Numbered from the stretch's first letter, positions 10,188 through 23,749 are shown. The stretch is DNA of 64,000 nt from an uncultured Acidobacteriota bacterium (GCA_963729215.1 CAVSND010000011.1:2836-66835); one strand, 5' to 3'. The notes: generated by a model not told the origin, from the letters alone. Made by a program: numbers and translations.

Positions 10188-11627
10188 CTACTCGGGCGAG
10201 TCCGGGCTGAGATGCACGTGGCCCATCAGGCCGCCGTCCGCGTGGTCCAGGATATGGCAGTGGAACATCCACATGCCCGGCCGCTCGTCGAAGACGACGA
10301 CGAAGCGGATCGTGCCTTCCATCGGCACGTCGAGCGTGTCCTTCCACGCCATCGGACGGATCGGTTGAAGCTGTTCGTCCAGCGGCAGGAAAAAGAAGCC
10401 GTGGAGATGGATCGGATGCGCCCACTTCGTCTCGTTCTTCACGGTCCAGATCTGCGTCTCGCCGACCCTGGCGAGAAATGGCCGGGCCTTCCAGAACGGC
10501 GCGCCATTCACCTGGAACTCGGACTTCCCGTTCGCGCCCGCGGGCGGCAGCGTCAGGACCATGTCCACGTGCGTCGCTCCCGCGAGGCTCGGCGGCACGA
10601 TGTCCCGATGCAATGCGGGCATCTGCGGTTTCGGCAGCGCAGGCTCGTCGCTGAACGCAATCGTCAGGACGTCCTCGGGAATGCGATTTTCGACGCTGCC
10701 GTACCCCCGGTTGTACAACGCCGCTTGCAACGTGAGCGTCCCGCCTCGTGGTCCGGTCGGCGCCACAATCACGTCCATCCGTTCGCCCGGCGTGATGAGC
10801 AGCGTATCCTTCGTCTCCGGGCGTTCCTGCAGGCCGCCGTCGCCGCCGATGACGGTGAATGTCTGCCCGTCGAGATCGAGGAAAAAGAAACGGCTCCTGG
10901 CCGCGTTGACGATCCGCCAGCGCTGCGGCGCGCCGGAGCGTGCGCGGATGGTCGGCAGGATCCTGCCGTTCGCCAGGACGTAGAGGCCTTCGCGGCCGAA
11001 CACCGTGCCCACCGGCCCGCCGGTGTCCGGCGAGTCGAGAACGCCGTGGCTGTCAAAGCCGATGTCGCTCAGGACGAGCGTCAGCTGGTCGGCGACACCC
11101 ACGCCGTCGTCCGGATCGTCGACCAGCAGCGCGCCGTAGAGGCCGAACCCCACCTGCGCCGCGGACATGACGTGCGGGTGATACCAGTAGAGCCCCGCAT
11201 CGCGCACCGTGAAGTCGTACGTGAACGTCTCGCCGCGTTTGACCTCCGGCTGCGACACCTCGGGCACGCCGTCCATTTCGATCGGCACCCGCACGCCGTG
11301 CCAATGGACGGTGGTCGGCTGAGGAAGATCGTTGGTGAAGTGCACGATGACGCGGTCGCCGACGTGTGCGCGGATGAGCGGCCCGGGGATGCCGCCGTTG
11401 TACGTCCAGGCCTGGACCGTGTGCTTGTTGCCCACGTCGACGTCGGCCACGCGGGCGGTCAGGTCGATTTCGACGATTTTCGGGTCGGGGTTGCGGTCGC
11501 GGGCTTCGGCCAGCTTGATCCCCTGATCCCAGTTGGCAGGCGCGAGCGACTGCGAATCCGCCGCCGCGCCTGCGCGCGCGACCAGCAGAAGGGCGACACA
11601 GGCCGAGGCGCGCCACCGCGTGCTCAT
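10188..11627 (-). CDS. three-domain multicopper oxidase (laccase/CueO-like), Sec signal peptide
   Basis: 'HWHGVRVP', 'WYHPH', 'HPIHLHGFFF' and 'HCHILDHADGGLMGHV' copper-binding motifs. Signal peptide 'MSTRWRASACVALLLVARAGAAA'. Confidence 0.85.
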   Translation of the reverse strand: MSTRWRASACVALLLVARAGAAADSQSLAPANWDQGIKLAEARDRNPDPKIVEIDLTARVADVDVGNKHTVQAWTYNGGIPGPLIRAHVGDRVIVHFTNDLPQPTTVHWHGVRVPIEMDGVPEVSQPEVKRGETFTYDFTVRDAGLYWYHPHVMSAAQVGFGLYGALLVDDPDDGVGVADQLTLVLSDIGFDSHGVLDSPDTGGPVGTVFGREGLYVLANGRILPTIRARSGAPQRWRIVNAARSRFFFLDLDGQTFTVIGGDGGLQERPETKDTLLITPGERMDVIVAPTGPRGGTLTLQAALYNRGYGSVENRIPEDVLTIAFSDEPALPKPQMPALHRDIVPPSLAGATHVDMVLTLPPAGANGKSEFQVNGAPFWKARPFLARVGETQIWTVKNETKWAHPIHLHGFFFLPLDEQLQPIRPMAWKDTLDVPMEGTIRFVVVFDERPGMWMFHCHILDHADGGLMGHVHLSPDSPE

Positions 11628-11633
11628 GTAAAT

Positions 11634-11650
11634 ATGTATTCAGGATACAT
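11634..11650. promoter_or_regulatory. AT-rich perfect inverted repeat ATGTAT-tcagg-ATACAT in the divergent promoter region between the multicopper-oxidase operon and the Rrf2 gene; candidate Rrf2/NsrR operator
   Basis: 6-5-6 palindrome in an otherwise GC-rich genome, 36 nt upstream of the Rrf2 start and 7 nt upstream of the multicopper-oxidase ATG. It resembles the ATRTAT-N5-ATAYAT Bacillus-type NsrR half-site arrangement. Confidence 0.45.
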
Positions 11651-11685
11651 GTTTAAGGTAGAATTTGCCAACGGCAGGAGACACC

Positions 11686-12135
11686 GTGACCCTCACAAAA
11701 TTCTCGGACTATTCCCTCCGCCTGCTGATCTACCTGGGGTTGCATGAAGGCCGGCTCGTGCCGGTCGGCGAGATCAGCCGCGCCTACCGGGTCTCGCCGC
11801 ACATCATGGTCAAAGTCGTGCAGCGGCTGACCGAGCAGGAACTGGTGGCCAGCGTCCGCGGGCGGAACGGCGGCCTGCGCCTGAACAAGCCGCCCGCCGA
11901 GATCAATGTGGGCCGCCTGATTCGGCGTACCGAGCCCGGCTGGGATCTGGTCGAGTGCTTCGACGCGGCGACGAATACGTGCCCGATCGACGGCGCCTGC
12001 GGGCTCAAGGGGGTCCTGAAGCGCGCGCAGCGCGCGTTCTTCGACGTCCTCGACGATCACACCCTTGCCGATTTTCTTCCCCGTGCGCCGGCGCTGATCC
12101 GGCTGCTGAACCAGTCCCTCGAAGCCAATCCATAG
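11686..12135 (+). CDS. Rrf2-family transcriptional regulator (NsrR/IscR-like)
   Basis: '(V)TLTKFSDYSLRLLIYLG...ISRAYRVSPHIMVKVVQRL' Rrf2 HTH, with three Cys ('CFDAATNTCPIDGAC') for the FeS cluster. GTG at 11686 with AGGAG upstream. The ORF track used TTG 11665. Confidence 0.8.
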   Translation: MTLTKFSDYSLRLLIYLGLHEGRLVPVGEISRAYRVSPHIMVKVVQRLTEQELVASVRGRNGGLRLNKPPAEINVGRLIRRTEPGWDLVECFDAATNTCPIDGACGLKGVLKRAQRAFFDVLDDHTLADFLPRAPALIRLLNQSLEANP

Positions 12136-12187
12136 CGCGCGACCGCCTATACAATAGGCGTCCTCGCGCGTTCGATGAGGTGACGAG

Positions 12188-13345
12188 ATGAACAGAAAGC
12201 GACTCGCACCGGTGGCCGTCGCGTTGCTGCTCGCCGGTGGAGCAGCAGCGACGATGACCGCGCAGCCAGCGAATCCCGAACCCCTGTCGATCGCGAGACA
12301 GGGATACCTGTTCGCCGGCGGGAAGTATTCGACCGTCGGCGGCCGGCAGGTGATGAGCGGCCAGCTCTACGCCGAGTTCCAGATCCCGGCCCGGCAGACG
12401 CATCCGTGGCCGATCGTCATGATTCACGGCGGCGCGCAATCGGGAACGAACTTCACCGGCACGCCGGATGGCCGCGAGGGCTGGGCGCAGTTCTTCCTGC
12501 GGCGGGGGTACGCGGTGTACGTCGTCGATCAGCCGGGTCGAGGACGCGCGGCGTACCAGGCGGACGTCTATGGGCCGGCCACTCCTCTCGTGCTCGAGAC
12601 CACCCAGAGACAATTCGCGGCGCCGGAGCGCTACAAACCCTGGCCGCAGGCGCATCTGCACACGCAGTGGCCCGGGCCGGCCGTTCCCGGCGACATGGTC
12701 TTCGACCAGTTTTACGCCTCGCAGATGCCGTCGATCCAGGATTTCACGCTGCAGCAGCAACTCAACCGCGAGGCCATCGTCGCGCTGCTCGAAAAAATCG
12801 GTCCGTCGATACTCCTGACGCACTCGCAATCAGGAGCGTTCGGCTGGCCCGTGGCGGACTCGCGGCCCAGCCTGGTCAAGGCCATCCTCGCGGTCGAGCC
12901 GAACGGCCCGCCGTTTTTCAACGTCGAAAATGTGCCCGCGCCCGAATGGTTTCGCATGGCAGCCGTGCAGGCGCGGCCCTGGGGCGTCACGGCCGTTCCG
13001 CTTGCGTACTCGCCGTCTGCGGCGCAGGCGTCGGAGCTGGCGATCGTCCAGCAGGACAAGCCCGATGGTCCCGATCTCGTCCGCTGCTGGCTTCAAAAGG
13101 CGCCGGCCCGGCAGCTTCCGAATCTCAAGACCGTGCCGATCCTCATCCTGACGGCCGAAGCGTCGTATCACGCGCCGTACGACCACTGCACCGCCAGGTA
13201 TCTCGAACAGGCCGGCCTCCGTCCCGAATGGATCAAGCTCGCCGACGCCGGCATCCGCGGCAACGGCCACATGATGATGCTCGAGAAAAACAACGCGGAC
13301 ATCGCGGCCGTGATGTCCACGTGGCTCGACAAGGCCCTGCGCTAG
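12188..13345 (+). CDS. secreted alpha/beta-fold hydrolase
   Basis: Signal peptide, then 'PIVMIHGGAQSG', 'LLTHSQSGAFGW' (GXSXG-like nucleophile elbow) and 'GNGHMMMLE'. Confidence 0.7.
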   Translation: MNRKRLAPVAVALLLAGGAAATMTAQPANPEPLSIARQGYLFAGGKYSTVGGRQVMSGQLYAEFQIPARQTHPWPIVMIHGGAQSGTNFTGTPDGREGWAQFFLRRGYAVYVVDQPGRGRAAYQADVYGPATPLVLETTQRQFAAPERYKPWPQAHLHTQWPGPAVPGDMVFDQFYASQMPSIQDFTLQQQLNREAIVALLEKIGPSILLTHSQSGAFGWPVADSRPSLVKAILAVEPNGPPFFNVENVPAPEWFRMAAVQARPWGVTAVPLAYSPSAAQASELAIVQQDKPDGPDLVRCWLQKAPARQLPNLKTVPILILTAEASYHAPYDHCTARYLEQAGLRPEWIKLADAGIRGNGHMMMLEKNNADIAAVMSTWLDKALR

Positions 13346-13353
13346 ACGGCACG

Positions 13354-14314
13354 ATGTCCGATCGACGCACGATTCTGATCACGGGCGCCGCGGGGAACCT
13401 GGGCAGCCGGCTTGCGCGCCATCTCGTGCCGGCCGGCCACGAGCTCCGCTTGATGTACCACCGCAGGCCGCTGCCGGAGGATTTACTCGAAGCAGCGAAT
13501 GTTCATCCGATCAGGGCGGATCTGGCTGTTCCCGCGACGCTGCCGCCCGCGGTCGCCGGCGCCGACGTCATCGTCCACTTTGCCGGCCGGCTCTTCGCCC
13601 CTCGCGCGGCGAGCTTTCTCCCCGAAACCAACATCCGCTGGTTTTCGAATCTGCTGGCGGCTGGTCTTGCGGCGAAGGTGGGCAGAATCATTCTGACGTC
13701 GTTTCCGCACGTCGAGGGCCCGACGTCAGTGGAGCAGCCGGCGACGGGACGGCTCGATCGCGATCCGATTTCCGTCCACGCCCGCACGCGCCTTGAAGAA
13801 GAGCGGATGCTGATCGAGCGTACTGAGGGAACGGCGACGGTCCCGGTGATCCTCCGGCTGGGCGTGATCTACGGTCGCGGCATCCTGATGGTCGAAGCCG
13901 CGCGGTGGCTCGCACGGCGGCGGCTTCTCTGTATCTGGCCGGAACCGACGCTCTGCCAGTTTCTTGTCGACCGAGGATTATCTCCGCGCGGCCGAAGCGG
14001 CGATCGTGAATCCAGGGGTTCGCGGGATCTATCACGTCGGGGACGACCAGCCTGTCACGGTCCAGCAGTTTCTTGACGATGCCTGCCGCGTGTGGGGCTA
14101 TCCGCGGCCCATCCGGGTCCCATACCCGGCGATTTACGCGGCGGCGTCCCTGTGCGAAGGTTTCGCAATGGTCGCGGGGACGCCGTCGCCGCTCACACGT
14201 GATTTCGTCCGACTCGGGCGTGTTCCCCATTGGGGTGACACGAGCCGTGCCCGCAGGGAACTGATTCCCCTGCTTTCCTATCCCACGCTCGAAACAGGGT
14301 TGTCGACGCTCTGA
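13354..14314 (+). CDS. NAD-dependent epimerase/dehydratase (SDR family); 1-nt frameshift about 13968
   Basis: 'ILITGAAGNLGSRLARHL' Rossmann motif. The C-terminus continues in another frame: '(QFL)..EDYLRAAEAAIVNPGVRGIYHVGDDQPVTVQQFLD'. Confidence 0.65.
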
Positions 14315-14335
14315 GTCCAATCCCCCGGCGTTTTG

Positions 14336-14899
14336 CTATTGGTGATCGTCGTCGCTCGACTTGATCGGGACCCGGACGAGGAGCGCGCCAACCCATTGCC
14401 CCGGGTTGTGTGTGTTGTTGAAAAAGTCCGCGGTGAAATTGGCGTGGCAGAGAACGCAGGCCTGGTGGAATGTGTTGCTCAGCGGGACCGAGCGCCGGTA
14501 GAACCAGGTGTCGTTCACTTTCTGCACGGCGGTGTACGCCTGACCGGTGAGCGCGCGGCCGAGCGCCGTCCTCTCGAAATTGTCGCCGGGACGGTCGTTG
14601 CTCCCTCCGAGAAGCGGTGAGAAGGTGCCAATCAGCCGCATGTCCCTGTTCAGGTCGTTGAAGATGAGCGAGATGGCTTTCTTGCCGTGCTCGACGTTAT
14701 CCGGCGTGGTCTCGTCGAACTCCTGGAAGAGCGCCGCGACGATCTCGTTGACCATGAGGTCGCTGACTTCCTGGCTGAAGGCGACCTGCGCGCTCGACGG
14801 CGGCGCGTCGTCATTCCCGTGGGCGATGGCCGCGGCTCCCAGGCCTGCAACCAGTCCGGCGACGGCGATTCCGAAGAGCAGTTGCGTGTGCTTCCGCAT
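14336..14899 (-). CDS. DUF3365-like secreted c-type heme protein (sensor-associated)
   Basis: Signal peptide, single 'CVLCHANF' CxxCH site, located immediately downstream of a hybrid sensor kinase. Confidence 0.55.
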   Translation of the reverse strand: MRKHTQLLFGIAVAGLVAGLGAAAIAHGNDDAPPSSAQVAFSQEVSDLMVNEIVAALFQEFDETTPDNVEHGKKAISLIFNDLNRDMRLIGTFSPLLGGSNDRPGDNFERTALGRALTGQAYTAVQKVNDTWFYRRSVPLSNTFHQACVLCHANFTADFFNNTHNPGQWVGALLVRVPIKSSDDDHQ

Positions 14900-14993
14900 A
14901 ACGATGCCTCCTTTGATTCGGCAGCGTTATACACCCGCCTCTAAGTGCTTGAGCGCAGTCAGGATTTCACAAAGAGTGAAAAACGGTTCAGTA

Positions 14994-17001
<2,008 letters not shown>

Positions 17002-17081
17002 AGAACGGCGCTGGACCGGCCGGGTTGAAGGCGCGGCGCGCAGTCACCGATACCACGGCGGGGACAATCACGCAGTCACCG

Positions 17082-19013
17082 ATGCGCAAGCCACTCCGGG
17101 CGCTGATCGTCGAAGACTCCGACGCGGGGGCCGAACTCCTCGTCAACGAGCTGAGGCGCGAGGAGTACGACCTCGTCTCGGAGCGCGTGCAGACGGCCGG
17201 CGAGATGACGGCGGCGCTCGAACGGGCGCCGTGGGACATCGTCATGGCGAGCGGCAGCACGTCGAGCACGGCAGGGTTCAGTCCGGTCGCGGCGCTCCAT
17301 GTCCTGAAGGACGGCGGCCACGATCTGCCGTTCATCCTGGTGTCGGGAACGATCGGGCAGGACGCCGCCGTGACCGCGCTCCGGTCCTCGAACGACTTCC
17401 TTATTAAAGGACGCGAGGCCCAGCTGGCCCCCGCCATCGAACGCGAGCTGCGCGTCGCTCAACACTGCCAGGAACAGCGCCGCGCCGAAGAAGCCCTGCG
17501 CCGGTCCGAAGCGCAATATCGATCGCTCGTCGAGCACGCGGCCTTCGGGATCTACCGCGCCACCGTGGACGGGCGTTTTCTCACCGTCAACCCGGCGCTC
17601 GTGGCGATGCTCGGGTACGGGTCGGCCGACGAGTTGCTGAGCGTTCATCTCCCAAGCCTGTACGCGACAGCCGACGTTGACGGCCATGAGCGGGGCGCGG
17701 CAGGGACCACCCTGGACGGCGGGGAAACGATCTGGAAGCGGAAGTCGGGCGAGTTGATCCGCGTCAGGCTGAACGGACATCTCACGGAGCAGGGGATCAC
17801 CGGCCGCCCGCAGTTCGAGGTCATCGTCCAGGACGTCACCGAGGAATTCGAACTGCAGCAGCAGCTGCGCGTCACCCAGAAAATGGAGGCGCTCGGCAGG
17901 CTGGCGGGAGGTGTCGCGCACGATTTCAACAACGTGCTCACGGCGATTCTGGGATACACCGAAATCCTGTCCGACCAGATCGGCCCCGACAAGCCGATTG
18001 GCGCGGACTTGCGGCAGATCAAGGCCGCCGCGGACCGGGCCGCGGCGCTGACGAAACAACTCCTGGCATTCAGCCGCAAACAGGTGCTGGCCGTGACGCC
18101 CGTCGACCTGTCGGCCGTCGTCCGCTCGCTCGATACCATGGTCGGCCGGCTGCTGGGCGCGCCCGTGACGATCAAGACGGATCTCTCCGATCGGCTCCCA
18201 AAGGTCATGGCGGATGCGGCCCAGCTCGAACACCTGTTGATCAGCCTGGCCGTGAACGCACGCGATGCGATGCCGCAGGGCGGTGTCATCACGATCAGCA
18301 CGAGCGCGATCGAAATCGACTCGTCCAACGCGCTCGTCCCGCAGGATTTGAAAGCGGGCTCGTACGCCGCGCTGAGCGTGGCGGACGAAGGCATCGGCAT
18401 GAGCCGCGAGGTGCAGGAGAGGATTTTCGATCCGTTCTTCACCACCAAGGAGCGCGGACACGGGACGGGGCTTGGCCTTGCGGCCGTCTATGGCGCGGTG
18501 AAACAGCTGGGCGGGCACATCAGCGTCGCGAGTCAGCCGGGGCGGGGCAGCACGTTCACGATCTACCTGCCGGCCACGGAACGCGAGCCGGCTGTTCGCG
18601 AGGGTTCACACGTCACGCCACCAGCCGGCCAGGAGACCGTCATGGTGGTCGATGACGAGCCCGGCGTGAGGGCTCTGGCGAAGACCGTGCTCGAGCGGGC
18701 GGGTTATCGCGTCATCGAAGCAGGAAGCGGAGAAGCGGCCCTGCGGTGGTTCGACGAGCACGACGAGCCGGTTCATCTGCTCCTCACCGACGTCGTGCTG
18801 CCGGGCCTGAACGGACACGAACTGGCCGTCCGGATTGCGCGGCGCCAGCCGAACATCCGGCGCCTGTTCACGTCGGGCTATTCCGCCCAGCTCGGGCCCT
18901 TTGCACGTCTGTTCGGCCCCGACGCGCACATCCTCGAGAAACCGTTCACCGGCCGGGTCCTGCTTGCGAAGGCGCGACAAGTGCTCGCGTCCGGCGCCGC
19001 GCCCGCCGCTTAG
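17082..19013 (+). CDS. hybrid sensor histidine kinase (REC-PAS-HisKA-HATPase_c-REC), intact
   Basis: Single 644-aa frame: 'LRALIVEDSDAG' (REC), PAS, 'VAHDFNNVLTAILGY' (H-box), 'GTGLGLAAVYGAV', C-terminal REC 'VMVVDDEPGV...LLLTDVVLPG'. Confidence 0.85.
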   Translation: MRKPLRALIVEDSDAGAELLVNELRREEYDLVSERVQTAGEMTAALERAPWDIVMASGSTSSTAGFSPVAALHVLKDGGHDLPFILVSGTIGQDAAVTALRSSNDFLIKGREAQLAPAIERELRVAQHCQEQRRAEEALRRSEAQYRSLVEHAAFGIYRATVDGRFLTVNPALVAMLGYGSADELLSVHLPSLYATADVDGHERGAAGTTLDGGETIWKRKSGELIRVRLNGHLTEQGITGRPQFEVIVQDVTEEFELQQQLRVTQKMEALGRLAGGVAHDFNNVLTAILGYTEILSDQIGPDKPIGADLRQIKAAADRAAALTKQLLAFSRKQVLAVTPVDLSAVVRSLDTMVGRLLGAPVTIKTDLSDRLPKVMADAAQLEHLLISLAVNARDAMPQGGVITISTSAIEIDSSNALVPQDLKAGSYAALSVADEGIGMSREVQERIFDPFFTTKERGHGTGLGLAAVYGAVKQLGGHISVASQPGRGSTFTIYLPATEREPAVREGSHVTPPAGQETVMVVDDEPGVRALAKTVLERAGYRVIEAGSGEAALRWFDEHDEPVHLLLTDVVLPGLNGHELAVRIARRQPNIRRLFTSGYSAQLGPFARLFGPDAHILEKPFTGRVLLAKARQVLASGAAPAA

Positions 19014-19035
19014 CAGGCTGCTGAAGAACGCAGCC

Positions 19036-19110
19036 TGAACGCAAAACGCAAAACGTAGAACGTAGAATGTTGGCGTATTTCTTCGTTTAATTCTGCGTTC
19101 TACATTCAGG
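19036..19110. repeat. imperfect palindromic element built from AAAACGY / GTAGAAC units (family shared with 34795-34878)
   Basis: 'tgaacgcaaaacgcaaaacgtagaacgtagaatg...cttcgtttaattctgcgttctacattcagg'. Lies between convergent genes; relatively AT-rich. Confidence 0.5.
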
Positions 19111-19132
19111 GCGATGTTTTGTCAGCGCCCTG

Positions 19133-19636
19133 TCAGTTCGACAGCCGGCCGGCATGGCCGAGGTAGTCGAACGGCTCCGCGCTCAGCCGCGTGTCGATGT
19201 GGTGGCTCCAGAGCAGCGAGACCGCTTCGAGCAGCGCTTTCAGGCTGCACGGCTTCTCGACGAACGCTTCGTTCTCCCACATCATCACCTTCTCTTCGAA
19301 CAGGCGATCGCTGTAGCCGGTGACGTAGAGCACCTTGATGTCCGGATTGTTCATCCGCAGACGGCGGGCCAGCTCGCATCCCGACATCTCCGGCATCATC
19401 ACGTCGGTCACCACCATGTCGAGCGTCTCCAGGCTCGCCGCCAGGCGCAGCGCTTCGGGGCCATTTCCCGCGATGACGGTCGTGTAGCCGGCGCCCTGAA
19501 GCACGCGCTCGACAAAATTCCGAATCCCTTCCTCGTCGTCCACCACGAGAACCGTCCTCGGCGGCCGCGGCGTGTGCTCCATCGGGAAGAGCCGCTCCGC
19601 CATCGACGTCACGCGTTTCTGTATCCGGTTCGCCAT
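19133..19636 (-). CDS. single-domain response regulator (REC only)
   Basis: 'TVLVVDDEEGIRNF...LDMVVTDVMMPEMSG...VLYVTGY'. Start codon uncertain (Met at 19636, 19603 or 19582). Confidence 0.7.
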   Translation of the reverse strand: MANRIQKRVTSMAERLFPMEHTPRPPRTVLVVDDEEGIRNFVERVLQGAGYTTVIAGNGPEALRLAASLETLDMVVTDVMMPEMSGCELARRLRMNNPDIKVLYVTGYSDRLFEEKVMMWENEAFVEKPCSLKALLEAVSLLWSHHIDTRLSAEPFDYLGHAGRLSN

Positions 19637-19854
19637 GACTTTCTCCCTCTTCGTCCGAGGTAATCCGCCGGCCTGCCAGACGGTATTTCCAAGCCGATGC
19701 CAGTTCGAGCGCATTTGGAAGTCCTTGCCTTTGAGAGACTTGGGCGGACAGTGGCTGACAGGCACGTGTGCGCCGTGTCAACTGCCGCACAGAAAGCGTG
19801 CGCCGGCGACACAGTGGGCGCGAGCGTTCGTTATGTGGTGTGCGAGAAATGCAC

Positions 19855-21249
<1,395 letters not shown>

Positions 21250-21460
21250 CGGCGCGTCGATGATAACGCAGCGATTTCGCGTTTCACCGGCGCGCGCGAA
21301 AACCTTTTCGGGTAGTGGACAACTCTTTGGCCGATTCGGGTAAGAAAACCGTATTCAGCTAGAAAACTGGCTGGCTAGATCTTTACATGGACGAAACGTG
21401 TCTGTGAACTCGGCGATCCATCACGCCCATAAAGTGAGCGCACCAATTGGAGGCGTGAGC

Positions 21461-22898
21461 ATGAACCTACGGCACGTGACGGCGGTAGCCCTGACGATTC
21501 TGTGTGTGTCCCGGACGAGTTTCGCGGCGGAACCCGTTCTGATCGCCATCGGCAGTATCAACGGACAGTACGAAGATTTCGCGGCGGAGACGGCTGGCCG
21601 GCTGCCGAACAACGTTCCGGGCAACCGGCTTGGCGGGATTGGCTCCGGCCTCGCGCACCTCGGCGGCGACTGGTTCGTCGCGATCCCCGATCGGGGACCG
21701 AATGCCGTTCCGTACAACGCGTGCATGGACGACACCGTGTCGTACATCAACCGCTTCCACACGATGCACCTGAGCCTCTCGCCGAGCGACCCGGGTTCGG
21801 CGCTGCCGTTCACGCTGACGCCCATGCTGGCCGCGACGACGCTGCTGTCGAGCCGGGCTCCGCTCGTCTACGGCGCCGGCTGCGGCACCCAGGGGAGCGG
21901 CGTGCCCGCCCTGAACGCCATCGATCACACGCACTACTTCACGGGGCGCTCCGACAACTTCGACGCGTCGAAGCTGTCCACGAACCCGCGCGATGCCCGG
22001 CTGGATGCGGAAGGCATCCGCGTGTCGAACGACCGGCGCAGCGTCTACATCTCCGACGAGTACGGCCCGTACGTCTACGAGTTCAACCGCTTCACCGGTG
22101 AACGTGTCCGCGTGTTCGCGCTGCCGGATAAATTCGCGATCAGCAACCTGAGCGCCGCGAGCAACGACGAGATTACGGGGAACACCTCCGGCCGCGTGAC
22201 CAACAAGGGCATGGAGGGTCTCGCGATCACGCCGGATGGCCGGACGCTGGTCGGCGCGATGCAGAGCCCGCTGATTCAGGACGGCGGCGACGTGAAGGGC
22301 GGCATCACGCGCATCGTCACGATCGACATCAGGACGGGGAAGACCCACGAGTACCACGTACCAGCTCGATACGGGCACCAAGACCACCATCAGCGAGATC
22401 CTGGCCATCAACGACCACCAGTTCCTGGTGGACGAACGCGACAGCAAGGGGCGCGCGGACGCGGTCGGGTCGAAGGCGGCGTTCAAGAAGCTCTTCATCG
22501 TGGACATTGAGTTCGCCCACGACGTCAGCGGCCTGACAGGCGCCGCGGCGCTCGCGCCCAACACCCTGCCCAAGACGCTGTTCCTGGACATCGTAAACGG
22601 CCTGAAAATCGCCCCCGCCAGCCTCGACCCGACGCAGATTCCGGCCAAGCTCGAGGGGATCGCGTTCGGAGAGGATATTACCTACACGGATCCGGCGACG
22701 AAACAGGCCGTGACCAGACACACGTTGTTCGTGTCCAACGACAACGACTTCCTCGCGACATTTGAAGGCCAGGACAACCCGAACCAGTTTTTCGTGTTCG
22801 CGTTCGACGATGCGGACCTGCCCGACTTCGTGCCGCAGCGGTTCCACCAGGATCGTGAGGACGACGATCACGACGGCCACGATCACGACGGCCGGTAG
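21461..22898 (+). CDS. secreted 'esterase-like activity of phytase' family protein with C-terminal His/Asp-rich tail; 1-nt frameshift about 22348
   Basis: Signal peptide 'MNLRHVTAVALTILCVSRTSFA'. '...DIRTGKTHEY | TYQLDTGTKTTISEILAINDHQFLVDERDSKG...' joins the ORFs 21398-22510 and 22428-22898. Confidence 0.5.
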
Positions 22899-22930
22899 GC
22901 GCGTGTCCGCCGATCCGCTACGATGGGGCG

Positions 22931-23749
22931 GTGAAACTGAAGGACCTGCCTCGCGCGTTGGGCTTCGGCTCGGCCCCGCGCGAGTACGGTCACGAAATCC
23001 TCGCGTTCCCGTTGCCTGGATTCGGCGACGTGCGGTTCGCGCGCTGGCTGCATCCGGGTGAAACGCCGAAGACCATCACGGGGGCCAGCGTGGACGCGCT
23101 GCGATCGTTCCTGCGTGAGGGCGACGTGGCCATCGACATCGGCGCGCATACAGGAGATTCGACGCTACCCATCGCGCTGGCGGTTGGCGCCGCCGGCGCG
23201 GTGTTCGCTCTCGAACCGAACCCGTACGTCTTCAAAGTGCTCGCCGTCAACGCGGCCCTGAACCCCTCGGTGTCACGGATCGTGCCGCTGATGTTCGCGG
23301 CGATGCCCGCGGACGGCGAGTTCGACTTCGAGTACTCGGATTCTGGCTACTGCAACGGCGGGTTTCACGAGGGCCTCAGCCGCTGGCGGCACGGTCATTT
23401 TTCCGTGCTCCGCGTGTCGGGGCGGAATCTCGCGGAGTACCTTGGCCGGACCGCGGCCGCCGAGCTCGCGCGGCTGCGGTACATCAAGATCGACACCGAG
23501 GGATTCGACAGGGCCGTCGTGCGGACGCTCGCGGACATCGTGCGGGCGCGGCGGCCTTATCTCAAGGCCGAGATCTACAAACACCTGCCGGAGCACGAGC
23601 GCGAAGGATTCCACGCGGATCTCCGCGCGCTCGGTTATCGCGTGTTCAAGTGCGGGGAGACCGAGTATCGAGGCGAGGAGCTCGGCCAGCGCGACATGAT
23701 GCGCTGGAAGCATTTCGATATCTTCGCTGTCCCCGAAGAACTGACGTAG
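22931..23749 (+). CDS. FkbM-family methyltransferase
   Basis: 'VAIDIGAHTGDSTLPIAL...YIKIDTEGFDRAVV' motif. Confidence 0.7.
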   Translation: MKLKDLPRALGFGSAPREYGHEILAFPLPGFGDVRFARWLHPGETPKTITGASVDALRSFLREGDVAIDIGAHTGDSTLPIALAVGAAGAVFALEPNPYVFKVLAVNAALNPSVSRIVPLMFAAMPADGEFDFEYSDSGYCNGGFHEGLSRWRHGHFSVLRVSGRNLAEYLGRTAAAELARLRYIKIDTEGFDRAVVRTLADIVRARRPYLKAEIYKHLPEHEREGFHADLRALGYRVFKCGETEYRGEELGQRDMMRWKHFDIFAVPEELT

